Assembly: GCA_002269645.1 (NCBI GenBank)
Contig: NIVC01003039.1
Location: 59,683 to 123,682 of the forward strand
DNA length: 64,000 nt
Source of the DNA: Macrostomum lignano
Lineage: Eukaryota
Reading direction: 5' to 3'
Shown here: piece by piece, positions 23,501 through 35,339 of the stretch
Layout: the number at the start of each line of letters is the position of its first letter
How positions within the stretch are numbered: position 1 is the stretch's first letter
Program-made: the position numbers and the translations under genes
The notes under the pieces: model-generated
What the model was told of the DNA's origin: nothing
Seen by the model: only the letters and a program-made list of their open reading frames with translations
Database searches by the model: none

Positions 23501-26500
23501 CCGGAGCGGCAGGCCTACCGGCATCTGGCGGAATGCTAGTGACCGATCGATAATACTCTCTAGTGCCAGCCACGCTCATCTTGCTCCTGGTGTACTCATT
23601 CAACTGGTGCAGGGAGCCGCTATGGAATACGTCCTTCCTATTCATAGGCCTGAGCATCTCTCTGAGCACAGATTTTGTTATAGCTTCTCGAACTTCCTCC
23701 GTGACAGCCAGCTGGTGTTGCCCAGCAACATCGTCCGGACCAGTTGAGCACCGGTGCAAATCCACTCCGGAAACGAATCTGGAGTGCTCGGGCGATTGCG
23801 GCTCCGAGCTGACCGATAACTGCTGCTGCCGCTGCGGCTGCTCCATGGACGGCGAATTATTCAAAGACGTCTGACTTTGCGAATAGTCGCGTACGAGCTG
23901 CGGCACGCTGCTCTTCATTGCGGCGGCGTTGCCAGGGGTCGCAGCAGCGGTGGCGGCTGAATTATTCGTTGCCGCGGTAGCCGCGGCCGCTGAGTTCGCC
24001 GCGGCGGCTGCGGCGGCGGCATTCGAGTCGTTCAAGGCTGCGCTGCTGCGATTGGCAAGGCGGCGAGAGGCGTTGGTCTTCCTGCGCAGGACGGTCTCGG
24101 CGATGCGGTGCAGCGCGTCCGAGCTCATCACTGGCTGGTCGTCGAAGTCGGGCGGCGGCGGCTCAACCCGATTAGCCGTGGTGATGATCCAGCCATTTAG
24201 GGAGCCCTGGGGGAGTCCGGAGTGATGCAATTGGGATTACTGCTATCTATATTCGAATGCTTGGTAACGATGTACGGATATTTGCGATAAGTCCAAAAAT
24301 AGTTATGCCAAAGGCGATTCCTAGAAAGCAATTATGCCAATAGGCTGTTTCATAGAAACACTATTATACCCAATTTGTTGTTTCCTGGAAACAATAATAC
24401 CAAGAGTCTGTTTCCTAGAAACACGAATACAGCCAATAGACTGTGTTCCTAGAAACACGAATACAGCCAATAGACTGTGTTCCTAGAAACACGAATACAG
24501 CCAATAGACTGTGTTCCTAGAAACACGAATACAGCCAATAGACTGTGTTCCTAGAAACACGAATACAGCCAATAGACTGTGTTCCTAGAAACACGAATAT
24601 AACCAATAGACTGTTCCTAGAAACACGATGATAACAAAGTCTGTTTCCTAGCAACGTAAATATCCGAATATACTAATTCCTAGAAATAAATATAACCAAT
24701 ACTCCAATAGTCTTTTTACTATAAGAATAATAATAATTATTGATTACACCTGCCCCAATTAGGCCAGACGTGCAACCGACAGCTCAGCCGCAGCTATTGC
24801 GCGGCGCATCTGAAGGCTGCGTACGGCTGTTCAGTCCATGGACTGGGCGGTCGCCACACACACCCTCAATTACACACACCCTCGTACCCCGGCTAATGCT
24901 GGCACCCATTTTACAGCTAGATGAACTGAAGCAATGCAGAGTTAAGTGTCTTTTTCAAGGACACCAACTGTTCCAGTGGGATCAGAAATCGAACCCCCGA
25001 CCTTCAAGTCGTGAGTCGACGTTCTAACCACCAAGACAACCACTAGAAACACAAATATCCTACCACAGAGATTCCTAGAAACACAAATATCCTACCACAC
25101 AGAACTAATTCAAAGTCTTAGAAAAAAATATATATTCATAAGTGGAAGCCGCTAATGAAAAAACGGACTATCATTCTTCAAACTCACCTGACTAACATTC
25201 CGCTCTCGCTTCTTATTCTCAATCAATTTCTTCATTATATTGCCTTTCACCCGAGGCTTCCCCTTAGCGATGCGGCGCTTCTCTCTCAGACTTAAAATTT
25301 CGTAGTAGCGCTCCAACGGCATCATGAAGCTGCCGGCTAGGGCGCAGTTAAGCACCAGTGCCGACAGGATCATAAGCGTACCGCGCCAAGAGAAGTGCTC
25401 AATTGTCCGATCGATTAGCACCGAAAATATTGCGGTGCCGATGCCGCTGCCGCACACGGCGATGCCGGTGGCGAAAGCTCGCCGACTTTCGAACCAGAAG
25501 CCAACGGTGACCACGGCGGGCAGGTACACTAGGCCGAAGCTGATACCTGCGAGAGGGGGGCGGGACAGAGTGAGAGGGGGTAGGAGAGGCAGAGGCTGAT
25601 AGAGAGGAGGGAGATAGCAGTAGAGGGCGGTAGAGAGGGCGGAAGATGGCAGGAGAAAGGGCGGAATATGAAAGTAGAGGACGGTAGAGAGGGCGGAAGA
25701 TGGCAGTAGATGGCGGTAGAGAGGGCGGAAGATGGCAGAAGAAAGGGCGGAAGATGAAAGTAGAGGGCGGTAGAGAGGGCGGAATATGGCAGTAGATGGC
25801 AGGAGAAAGGGCGGAAGATGGCAGTAGAGGGCGGCAGAGAGGGCGGAAGATGGCAGGAGAAAGGGCGGAAGATAAAAGTAGAGGGCGGTAGAGAGGGCGG
25901 AAGATGGCAATAGAGGGCAGCAGAGAGGGCGGAAGATGGCAGTAGAGGGCGGAAGAGAGGGAAGAAGATGGCAGTAGAGGTCAGAAGATGGCAGTAGAGG
26001 GCAGCAGAGAGGGCGGAAGATGGCAGTAGAGGGCGGAAGAGAGGGAAGAAGATGGCAGTAGAGGTCAGAAGATGGCAGTAGAGGGCAGCAGAGAGGGCGG
26101 AAGATGGCAGTAGAGGGCGGAAGAGAGGGCGGAAGATGGCAGTAGGGGGCGACAGAGAGGGCGGAAGATGACAGTAGAGGGCGGAAGATGGCAGTAGAGG
26201 AGGGCGGAAGAGAGGGCGGAAAATGGCAATAGAGGGCGGGAGATGGCAGTAGAGGGCGGAAGAGAGGGCGGAAGATGGCAGTAGGGGGCGACAGAGAGGG
26301 CGGAAGATGACAGTAGAGGGCGGAAGATGGCAGTAGAGGGCGGAAGAGAGGGCGGAAGATGGCAATAGAGAGCGGGAGAGGGCGGGAGATGGCAGTAGAG
26401 GAGGGCGGAAGAGAGGGCGGAAGATGGCAATAGAGGGCGAGAGAGGGCGGGATATGGCAGTAGAGGGCGGTAGAAGGGGTGGGACGCCAGAGAGACTGGA

Positions 26501-29500
26501 TGAAGGGAATAGATTTCCCAACAACAATAGATAATTACTATTACACTAACAGATGACAGGTTAATAAAGTTCGAGTAGAACTTTTTTCAGCCCACTAACA
26601 GGCCAGCTTAACCTCTTAATTCGGCCATATTAAGCAACAACAAAAAATTACGCAATTGATTACGTTTTAGTTGGACAAATTGAACTGTCTAAGAGTTTAC
26701 GGTTGGCCGTATGCAAAATGCTGCGATATGATAGACGTGGCACTAAACATTTCTTATAAAGGTGCAGCCCAAGAGGCCACTAGCGCGCTGCCAACCGTGA
26801 AATGTTGAAAAGCAGAACTGATGTTTATCAAATAAGTCAGCCTATAAAGTTACCTGGAGTTGCAATGCGATACTTAGCTAACTATAACTTAATTTGGATA
26901 TGGTAGCAAAACATGTCTTCACAGTCTGTACACAGACTGACTGGAAAGCCTCCATGCAGTCTGCAAGCCGTAGCATAACAGCCCCACACCAAATTGAATT
27001 CTAATGTAATTTTAATGTTGATGTTAATGTAATTTCTATACTAAACCAAAAGTTTTAATGATTGTAAACTGATTTTATTGATATAATAATCATTATTACA
27101 TTACTGACAGGTGTCAACAGATAGTATGCGTGTACCGACGTTTACCCATCAACATGCATCAATTTATGGAAATTTTAATTAAAAAATACACTTATCTTTA
27201 TAACTCACCTCCTAGTACCCCAAATATAACAACAAATGCGTAGAAATTTGTAAGATAAGAGGCTATGAAGAATGACAAGCAGGCCAATACTGAGCCAGCC
27301 ATAACCACTGGCCTGGAGCCAAATGTGTTTGCCAGAGCCGAGCTGATGGGACCTGCGGGTGAGAAAGGAGCAAGCATTCATATGTACTTCTTATTCTTAC
27401 AATTATTCAATAACAATGATCTTAATTCCCATTCATAGAATGATCTAGTTCCCATTCATAGAATGATCTAGCTCCCATTCATAGAATGATCTAGTTCGCA
27501 TTCATAGAATGATCTAGCTCCCATTCATAGAATGATCTAGTTCCCATTCATAGAATGATCTAGTTTCCATTCATAGAATGATCTAGTTTCCATTCATAGA
27601 ATGATCTAGTTCCCATTCATAGAATGATCTAGCTCCCATTCATAGAATGATCTAGCTCCCATTCATAGAATGATCTAGCTCCTATTCATAGAAAGATCTA
27701 GCTCCCATTCATAGAATGATCTAGTTCCCATTCATAGAATGATCTAGTTCCCATTCATAGAATGATCTAGTTCCCATTCATAGAATGATCTAGTTCCCAT
27801 TCATAGAATGATCTAGCTCCCATTCATAGAATAATCTAGCTCCCATTCATAGAATGATCTAGCTCCCATTCATAGAATGATCTAGTTCCCATTCATAGAA
27901 TGATCTAGTTCCCATTCATAGAATGATCTAGTTCCCATTCATAGAATGATCTAGCTCCCATTCATAGAATGATCTAGCTCCTATTCATAGAATGATCTAG
28001 CTCCCATTCATAGAATGATCTAGCTCCTATTCATAGAATGATCTAGCTCCTATTCATAGAATGATCTAGCTCCTATTCATAGAATGATCTAGCTCCTATT
28101 CATAGAATGATCTAGCTCCTATTCATAGAATGATCTAGCTCCCATTCATAGAATGATCTAGCTCCCATTCATAGAATGATCTAGTTCCCATTCATAGAAT
28201 TATCTAGTTCCCATTCATAGAATGATCTAGCTCCCATTCATAGAATGATCTAGCTCCTATTCATAGAATGATCTAGCTCCCATTCATAGAATGATCTAGC
28301 TCCTATTCATAGAATGATCTAGCTCCTATTCATAGAATGATCTAGCTCCTATTCATAGAATGATCTAGCTCCCATTCATAGAATGATCTAGCTCCCATTA
28401 ATAGAATGATCTAGTTCCCATTCGCTTACTGTACGTACTTACTTATAGACTAATTTTATGAGTTTATAAAAGCCCGGACAGATGAGGTCAAAAATATTTT
28501 TACCTAACTAAGCACCAGAATCCGTATGCCAAGGTGCTCCTAACTCGCACCCGTTTTCATAGACAAATACGAATAAAAGTGAAGAAAAATATTCAGCCAG
28601 GAAAATGGTTCTTGGGTACAGTTTCAGTTCATGTTCTTTAGAGTGCGGTGCAGGCACTGCGTGCGACACAGTTTGCTAGTTTTTTCATCTCCTCACTAGT
28701 ACCGACTCCTGCACAGCAACTATATCTGCGCACACTGCTGGAAATGTCACGCTGCATTTCCTACCATCCAAGTAGCGCCTCCATTATACTCGTACATTTA
28801 GAAGAAAAAACAAATATTAAAATCATAAATTGCCACACTGCTTAAAAACTTGCTTTTTTCAAGCACAAATGCAGCTAGAAATAGAATATCTGCATTAGTT
28901 CAAAAACAAAGGCTTGAGCTTGGTGTTATTTACCCTTGAATCTACATAAACCGATTATTCATATTTAAACATAAATTCCGAAAAATTGCTGACATAAGGC
29001 TAAAAAACACTTCACAAATCGAAAAAAATCAACTGTTCTTTAAGATAAGTACTCTCCATTGAATTCTCCTTTTCATGGAAATCTCCTCATCGTGGAATTC
29101 TTCTCTCCATGGAACTTTCCTCTGTAAACCTATTTTGCTCTATTCCTATGTAAACTGTAACTTTGCTGTAAACTGTAACTGCTAAACAGTGACTACTGTA
29201 AACTGTAACTCTACTGTAACTATAACTACTGTAAACTGTAACTACTGTAAACTATAACTACTTTAAACTGTAACTGTAACTTAACAGTGACTACTTGACT
29301 ACTGTAAACTGTAACTCTACTGTAAACTATAACTACTGTAAACTGTAACTACTGTAAACTAACTCTACTGTAAACTGTAACTCTACTGTAAACTAACTCT
29401 ACTGTAAACTGTAACTCTGTAAACTATACTGTAAACTATAACTACTGTAAACTGTAACTATACTGTAAACTGTAACTATACTGTTAACTGTAACTACTAA

Positions 29501-29874
29501 ACAGTGACTACTGTAAACTGTAACTGTACTGTAAACTATAACTACTGTAAACTGTAACTACTGTAAACAGTAACTGTAAACTCACCCATGAGCAGGTAGG
29601 CGCCGGTCAGGCTTGAGCCGGCAAAGGACAGCTGAGAGTCGGACGCGCCAACAAAGGAAGTGGCGATGTGGTCGCGCATGACGCCAAACGAGAAGCAGAA
29701 GCCGTCAACTAAAGCGTTGCACAGGAAAGAGCCGAGCACGATTAGCCAGGCGTAGCCTTTGTCAGGCGGATTTGGCGGAGACAGCTGGACTTCTTCTTTT
29801 GAAGGCAGCAAATTTGAGCACACTTGCGGCTGCTCCTGCTCCGTCTGAGCAATAGCGTCTCCTTCTTCCACCAT
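20522..29874 (-). CDS. Monocarboxylate transporter (SLC16/MCT family, MFS), about 812 aa with a long central loop
   Basis: Exons 29874-29586, 27352-27209, 25546-25188, 24206-23408, 22387-22265, 21980-21834, 21099-20522 (2439 nt, GT-AG, consistent phases). MCT motifs: PPDKGYAWLIVLGSF, GPISSALANTFGSRPVVMAG, FWFESRRAFATGIAVCGSGIG, FSWRGTLMILSALVLNC, GVANTVGRI, LMGLDRLTNAYGLLLLFQGVG..GPPLG. Confidence 0.93.
21228..21700. repeat. 33-bp minisatellite (AAGTATGTCAGACTGTCTAATGTTCATCTATCA) in an MCT intron
   Basis: About 14 tandem units. Confidence 0.94.
21999..22225. repeat. 36-bp minisatellite (CTGGGATCTGGGACTTCAGGGACTGGCTGCTTCTTG) in an MCT intron
   Basis: About 6 units, starting about 16 bp from the acceptor. 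Confidence 0.9.
22480..23370. repeat. 11-bp-based satellite (GGAATAGATTC, interleaved with GAAATATTC) in an MCT intron
   Basis: Tandem units, with a block duplicated 288 bp apart (22633 and 22921). Confidence 0.94.
24410..24625. repeat. 34-bp minisatellite (TTCCTAGAAACACGAATACAGCCAATAGACTGTG) in an MCT intron
   Basis: About 6 units plus degenerate flanks. Confidence 0.9.
24725..25045 (-). mobile_element. tRNA-derived SINE with a CORE/MIR-like central domain
   Basis: Minus strand: tRNA-like head GGTTGTCTTGGTGGTTAGAACGTCGACTCACGACTTGAAGGTCGGGGGTTCGAT (B box), then GTGTCCTTGAAAAAGACACTTAACTCTGCATTGCTTCAGTTCATCTAGCTGTAAAATGGG, which resembles the SINE CORE domain, then a short AAT/ATT-rich tail. 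Confidence 0.8.
25590..26475. repeat. Purine-rich ~20/32-bp minisatellite (AGAGGGCGGAAGATGGCAGT) in an MCT intron
   Basis: Tandem variants. On the sense (-) strand it is pyrimidine-rich and lies next to the acceptor at 25547. Confidence 0.92.
27425..28422. repeat. 23-bp minisatellite (CTAGCTCCCATTCATAGAATGAT) in MCT intron 1
   Basis: Period 23, about 43 copies. Confidence 0.96.
29145..29580. repeat. ACTGTAA-based degenerate satellite abutting the MCT exon 1 donor
   Basis: ACTGTAAACTGTAACT variants run up to the donor at 29585. Confidence 0.88.
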
Positions 29875-32800
29875 CTTGTGCGTGTTTGTCTTGAGCGATT
29901 TGCTTAAAACTAACAGACCGCGAGAGGGCCGCTGTGCAGTAATAGTTTGCAGCTGAATTTAGCGGCTAAATATCATTAAGCAAAAAGGCGGGTGACTGAA
30001 TATGCCTGTTTTTTTCTCTTTTTTAAGGCACCGTTAAGTGCTGCCTGCCCCAGCGCTATGCGATCATCAAAATATTCTGGCATCCAATCCGGAAAGAGCC
30101 AAATCGAGAGACAGAGAAAGATAGAGAGAGAAATGTAGAGAGAAAGAAGAGGACGAAATAAGTGACCTGAATGCGACTTAACAAATATAGAAACCGTTTC
30201 TGACACGTTTTCGATTCCTTAGATTTGAAACATTTACTTGGAAAGATTTATAGAGAGACCCAGAAAAAGGACAAGAAAAGAACATGGTGCAAAGATCAAA
30301 AACAGTTCAAAAAAGAAATCAGAAAACAGTGGGCATAGTACTTTAGCCTTGCGCTGACAAATTGGATTATAGAGAGCAAAATTTAAACACTGAACCTCAT
30401 ACTACTTACAATAGTATAAGTATGAATTTATTTATAGCAATAAGGAAATTTTTTTAATGTAAATTATAATGATCTTTTATATCTGATAAAAAATCTTATT
30501 ATAGTTGCGAGTTTCACTTTAGACTACTGAGAAGAGTAGACAAATAAAGATTTGAGTTATAAAATCTTTCACATAGCCCAAAAATGCTGCCATAATAGAA
30601 ATTGTTAGTGCACATAAGCAGTAGTGGGAGAAGTCATAATAAGGCTATGCTGATTGATAAAGGCAAACAAGCCAAAAACTAACCTCAGTCCACTTGTGAG
30701 GTTTGACCCCCACTTTTAGTATCATATTACTGAATACAAGATAAAAAAAGGTTGTATTTTAGCTATAGCTTTATTTTGCATTTGGATGCTTATATAACTA
30801 AGAGATAAGTAGCCAGAAAAAAATTCTTACATTTTTCTCATTAAATGTATTAGCATAAGATAGGAATAGATAAAAATATATTAAGTAGCATAGTATACTA
30901 TATTATAAGATGGTATATCATATTTCTATTTATCTTCAGGTTTGGCAAAAAGTGACAAAAATGGACTTGTAAATAATTTAGGGACTGTTGTGAATGCCAA
31001 CTTAAGCTCATAAAGTAGGGTTTCTAATTATCCCCTTGCTTGTTCTCTCTTTTTTAAGTCCAATTCTTATTGCTTTCTTACCTAATCTAGCTTTCTAGTA
31101 TCGCTATGAGTAGAATGACATATCATTTGTATATATATAAGTCACTCTGGCTCCATTTAATGAGCTTAAGTTTATATGCCTTTTTCTATAACTGCATAAC
31201 TTTCTTGCTATACTTGCAATGCATTGCTACCTGCACTAGTAATACTTGGCAAAAATGCTATAGATAGAAAATTAGGACCTGTTGTTTATAGCTAAAATGG
31301 CTATAAGAATGCAGCTATGAATAGTATTCTTCAGATTGTCTCCCTTTCTCTCTCTTTCCTCTCTTCTCTTCTTACTTCTTTCTTTTCTCTTATCTCTTTT
31401 TTTCTTTCCTTTCTCTTACCTCTCCTCTCTTTCCTTTCTTCTTTATCTTTCTTTTTCTCTTGTACATTTTTCCTCTTTCTCTCTCTTTCTCTTTTCTTTC
31501 CCTCTCCTATTTCTTTTCATAACTGTTAATTAAATAAAGTGACAAAATTTCCTGCTTAGCAAGATTTAATATAAGAGTAATGGCCAAGTAAAGTTAGGTA
31601 GTTGGTTCCCCAGCAGATTAGATAGTGGAAACCTTTTGAATACTTTGTAGTCTAGCCTTTTTTGATAGTGGCAAACACTGGGCAACCTATTTATTGGTTT
31701 TATTCATTTTAACAATATCCTCAACTCATAGTTTAGATTGTATATTAGAATATACTAGGTCTAATGCCAGAAAAAATTATGAGACCTTGTTTGTACATTG
31801 GAACCAACAAATGTGTTATTTGTTAGTAGAAAAATTGACATAGTAAAAAAATTAACACAATTTTTCTACTATGTCATGTATGCTAGGGTATATGCTATTG
31901 TAAACTATAAAATGGCAAGTAGGCCCTTATTATATACAAGGAAATCCTGGTGTACATATTGCTTTCCAAACCATGGTCTTTAACTATCTCAACCACAATA
32001 TACATATAATATAAAAATCTGTTGCTAAGTCCCTAACCCTAGGGATTTGAAAGCTTATATTATTAAAAGTAAAAATATTCATCTTAATATTTGTTAGTGT
32101 TAATTGTTCTAGGTCTTCCTTGGATATCCTACTATCATTATCAATTTGTTATAGAGATTATAGAATAATATAAAAATTCAAAGTTTCTAACCAACTTATC
32201 CTTTTGGGCCATAGATATTCCCAAGCATCAGTGCCATAGCCATATCAAACAATAGAATTCCTGCATTTTTGTACCAATCTAAAAAAACTTCAAAACTTTG
32301 AATAATTATTAAATATCATTACAAACTGCTAGAAACAGAGTAGAGACAAAAAAGCCAAAAAAACTGCTTTAAAAACTTGGAAGAATATCCAAACATGCTA
32401 AAATCTGCTTTTTAAGTGGTGAAAGTGTGAAAAACATTGAAAAGATAGTTTAATTAATGAACAATTTGAGAACTACTAGGCACCATTTTTTATTTTAAGC
32501 AATAATCTTATTTTAAGTAGGCTTAAATAAAAACAGATTAGGATTTACAACTAGGGGCAAGGGGCCTAGAATTATAAGAGCACAATACAATTTATAATTT
32601 TATTATATTTTTATGGTTTAGTTTTATGGTTTCATAGGCCTTTTTAATTAATGTTTTAATTTAAGGCTAGCAAGCAAAAGTGGAAGTGCAACTAAGGGGG
32701 ATAAGGAAGGGAAATTTGCCCTTCATGGTCCTTAGGTGAAGACTTGATAAAAATCAACTAATTAAGAGGGGAGTTGGGGGACCAGGTGCATTTTTGCCAA

Positions 32801-33405
32801 AATACTAAGCCAGCCCCTTTGCCCCTCTTCTTGCCTTGGTCTTTTCAATCTAGAATCTGCCCCTTTCAAAAAAATTCTGGTTGCTCCACTGCTGGCAAAA
32901 GTGAAGCCAAAAAATTATAACAGTTTGCATTTAATGCTTTAGTCTTAGAAAAAAATTTCAATGAAATATTTTATTGATTGCATTCCAGTCATCCTTCTAA
33001 TTCATTTTCTGGCTCACTGGCTGTAACTCGTAATGTTAGTTAATAGCTATTGTAAATAGGCCTAACCATGTAGGAAAGAAAAGAATGGAGTGCTAATCTG
33101 AGAGACTTATTTTTGTTTAGCTTATTTTCGATTTTTTTGCATCCTAGTACATCCATTCTATTTTATTGGCTCTTGTCTCTTGAATGCCATAGACAACAGC
33201 AGTTTATTTGTTATTGTTTCCCTTCCCAAGTTCGTCTGATTGATATCATATATAAGTGTTAGGGTTACACCAAAAACAGGGCTTATCTTAGAAAATTTTA
33301 TTACATTTAATTCTCATCTTACGTTATTACGATTGCACAATTCGCGTGGAATGATACGATATCAATCTCGCAATCTGGGAATTTCAGAACTGGGAACAGA
33401 TCAAA

Positions 33406-33832
33406 GGTAAAGTGTAAAAAGTTACCCAGTTACCCGAAAACGTTACCTTCAAATTGCATTCAATTCAAAGAGCGCAATGAAATTGAAAATAACTTGCTAT
33501 CGCCTATGCAGCATAAATCATAGAATAATTATTCATAAAATATAGATGATGAGGCCAATAAATGAGTGTTTATTTGCTGGGTAAGACATTACCCCAAAAA
33601 CTTACCTGCAATTACCCAGGGTTTACACACGCTTACCCAATGAAAAAATAAAAATGCTCTTGTGACTTGTGATTTATTTTACCCATTCTATAAGCTTCTA
33701 ACTTGCAATTGTAATTTTCACTAGACAAACGAAATCGAAATACAATATTATTTTTAATTTCATTGCGCTCTTTGAACGCAATTTGAAGGTAACGTTTTCC
33801 CCAAACAACTAGGTAACTTTTTACACTTTACC
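33406..33832. mobile_element. 427-bp MITE with ~90-bp TIRs (GGTAAAGTGTAAAAAGTTACC...) and a 7-bp TSD
   Basis: The two ends are reverse complements. The direct repeat GATCAAA sits at 33399-33405 and 33833-33839. Confidence 0.85.
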
Positions 33833-34501
33833 GATCAAATTGAGCATGTAGTAGTAGTAGTAGTAGTAGTAATTTGGCTCAGGCAAGAAGCCTGTTTGGC
33901 CAGTATATGTCAGTGTATTTAATATTAATATTATTTCGATAGAATGGGATCTGTGCGGCGAGTTTTACAATAATATAGTATTTGAAAGAGCGCCAATTTT
34001 TTTTTTTACGTATAGTTCTTGGAAAATATCTTGAATTTAAAAGAACGCATAACAACTTGTTATAACATAAGTATATCCTAAGTATTTAGATGAATATGAT
34101 TAATTGCTACAGCATAATTTACTAGAAGGCCTCTTATTAAAATTAAAATTTTTATGATTTTTTTACTTGATCTGTTCTTAATAGCTTTTTATACACGATT
34201 TCACCGAGTGCAGTTTCATAGCAAAACTACACGTGCAGTCCAAGCGGAACAGTTCATATGTTCACATATGCGATGCAAGTTTTTTTATTGTTTCGACTCG
34301 ATATTGTTTTCGTCAAGGTGCCGAACTGGCCTGGATTACTATTGCGTGGTCTGTAATTTTGTATTTTTGTGAGGATGACAATTGTCCATATCCTAAAGCG
34401 GATCGAAGAGGAAGAACACTGAATACATGAATTGATAGAGGAGGCCAGAAAAATATTGAAATACAAATTACATGGCATGTGTACATACCATCGAATACCT
34501 A

Positions 34502-35280
34502 CGAGGGGTACTGCAAATTTTTTTAGCCACTTGGCATTTTTAGCCATACGCTGTTTGTCAGCTATCAGTGTTTCATTTTCCATGACAATAAATGAATATG
34601 ATGGATAATCTTGCAGAATTCAGCCACTAGGGCCAGATAACTTCAGCACAGCTCTGCCCACTTTAAAGCGGAGCTCCTGAAATTGACCGCGAATCGCGAG
34701 CACTTCGTGCCATAATGATTTTTTTGACCATACCACAGCGTCCCTTGATTGCCGCCAGTGCAACGAAAGGCTATCAGTGGCTTCACAGAAGCTGCTCCAT
34801 CGCCTGCGACCGTCAGCAACTGGTTCTGTGAGTTTCGTCCTGGCTGAGACTCGTTGAAAGATGAGAAGCGCGTACAGGCCGACCTCAACTAAATGTACCA
34901 CGACACCATGCATATGCAGAAACACAGTGGCTCGATCGTGTCCGCCAGCTGGTTGAAGCTAACAAGCAGATAATTTACAAGGAGATCGAAGCATCCCTGG
35001 GCATCCAATCGCCGGCAATTGCTAAAACTCTCACGACCACATCGGCTTGCGCATACTGATCATAGATAGGTGTGCCCCACCTGCTGCAGCCTGAGCAAAA
35101 CGGGACAGGGTCGATTGGTGCCACCAGATGCTTCAGAAGTACAGCGATATAGTGTCGAAATCGGTCGTCGAGATCGTGACATGCGACAAGACTTGGGTGT
35201 ACTGCTACACTTTACGAGCCAGAGCGCAAGCGCAAGTCGCAGGTTTTCAGACGAGGTGCCGCCAACGAAGGTCCTACAAG
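34502..35280 (+). mobile_element. Degraded, 3'-truncated mariner (Tc1/mariner) transposon
   Basis: TA|CGAGGGGTACTGCAAA terminus. Frameshifted transposase pieces: SLKDEKRTGRP, KEIEASLGI, (W)VPHLL, MLQKY..IVTCDKTWVY (= IVTGDETWV) and YEPERK. No right TIR was found. Confidence 0.85.
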
Positions 35281-35339
35281 GCTTTAACTCCCGGACGCGT
35301 CTCCTCTGGACTGATCGTTCGTGACTGCAGCTGCCGCAG

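Noticed and set aside
24990-25045. tRNA gene
   Set aside because: The A box is degenerate, there is no complete cloverleaf, and it continues into a SINE body. Treated as a SINE head.
25547-26527. Pro/Ser/Leu-rich ORFs upstream of the MCT exon
   Set aside because: They are translations of the purine-rich intronic array. The real exon starts at 25546.
1990-28422. Regular 20-48-bp repeats as CRISPR arrays
   Set aside because: The units are head-to-tail with no unique spacers, there are no cas genes, and the context is eukaryotic introns.
31330-31510. Phe/Leu/Ser-rich ORFs
   Set aside because: CT-rich low-complexity tract.
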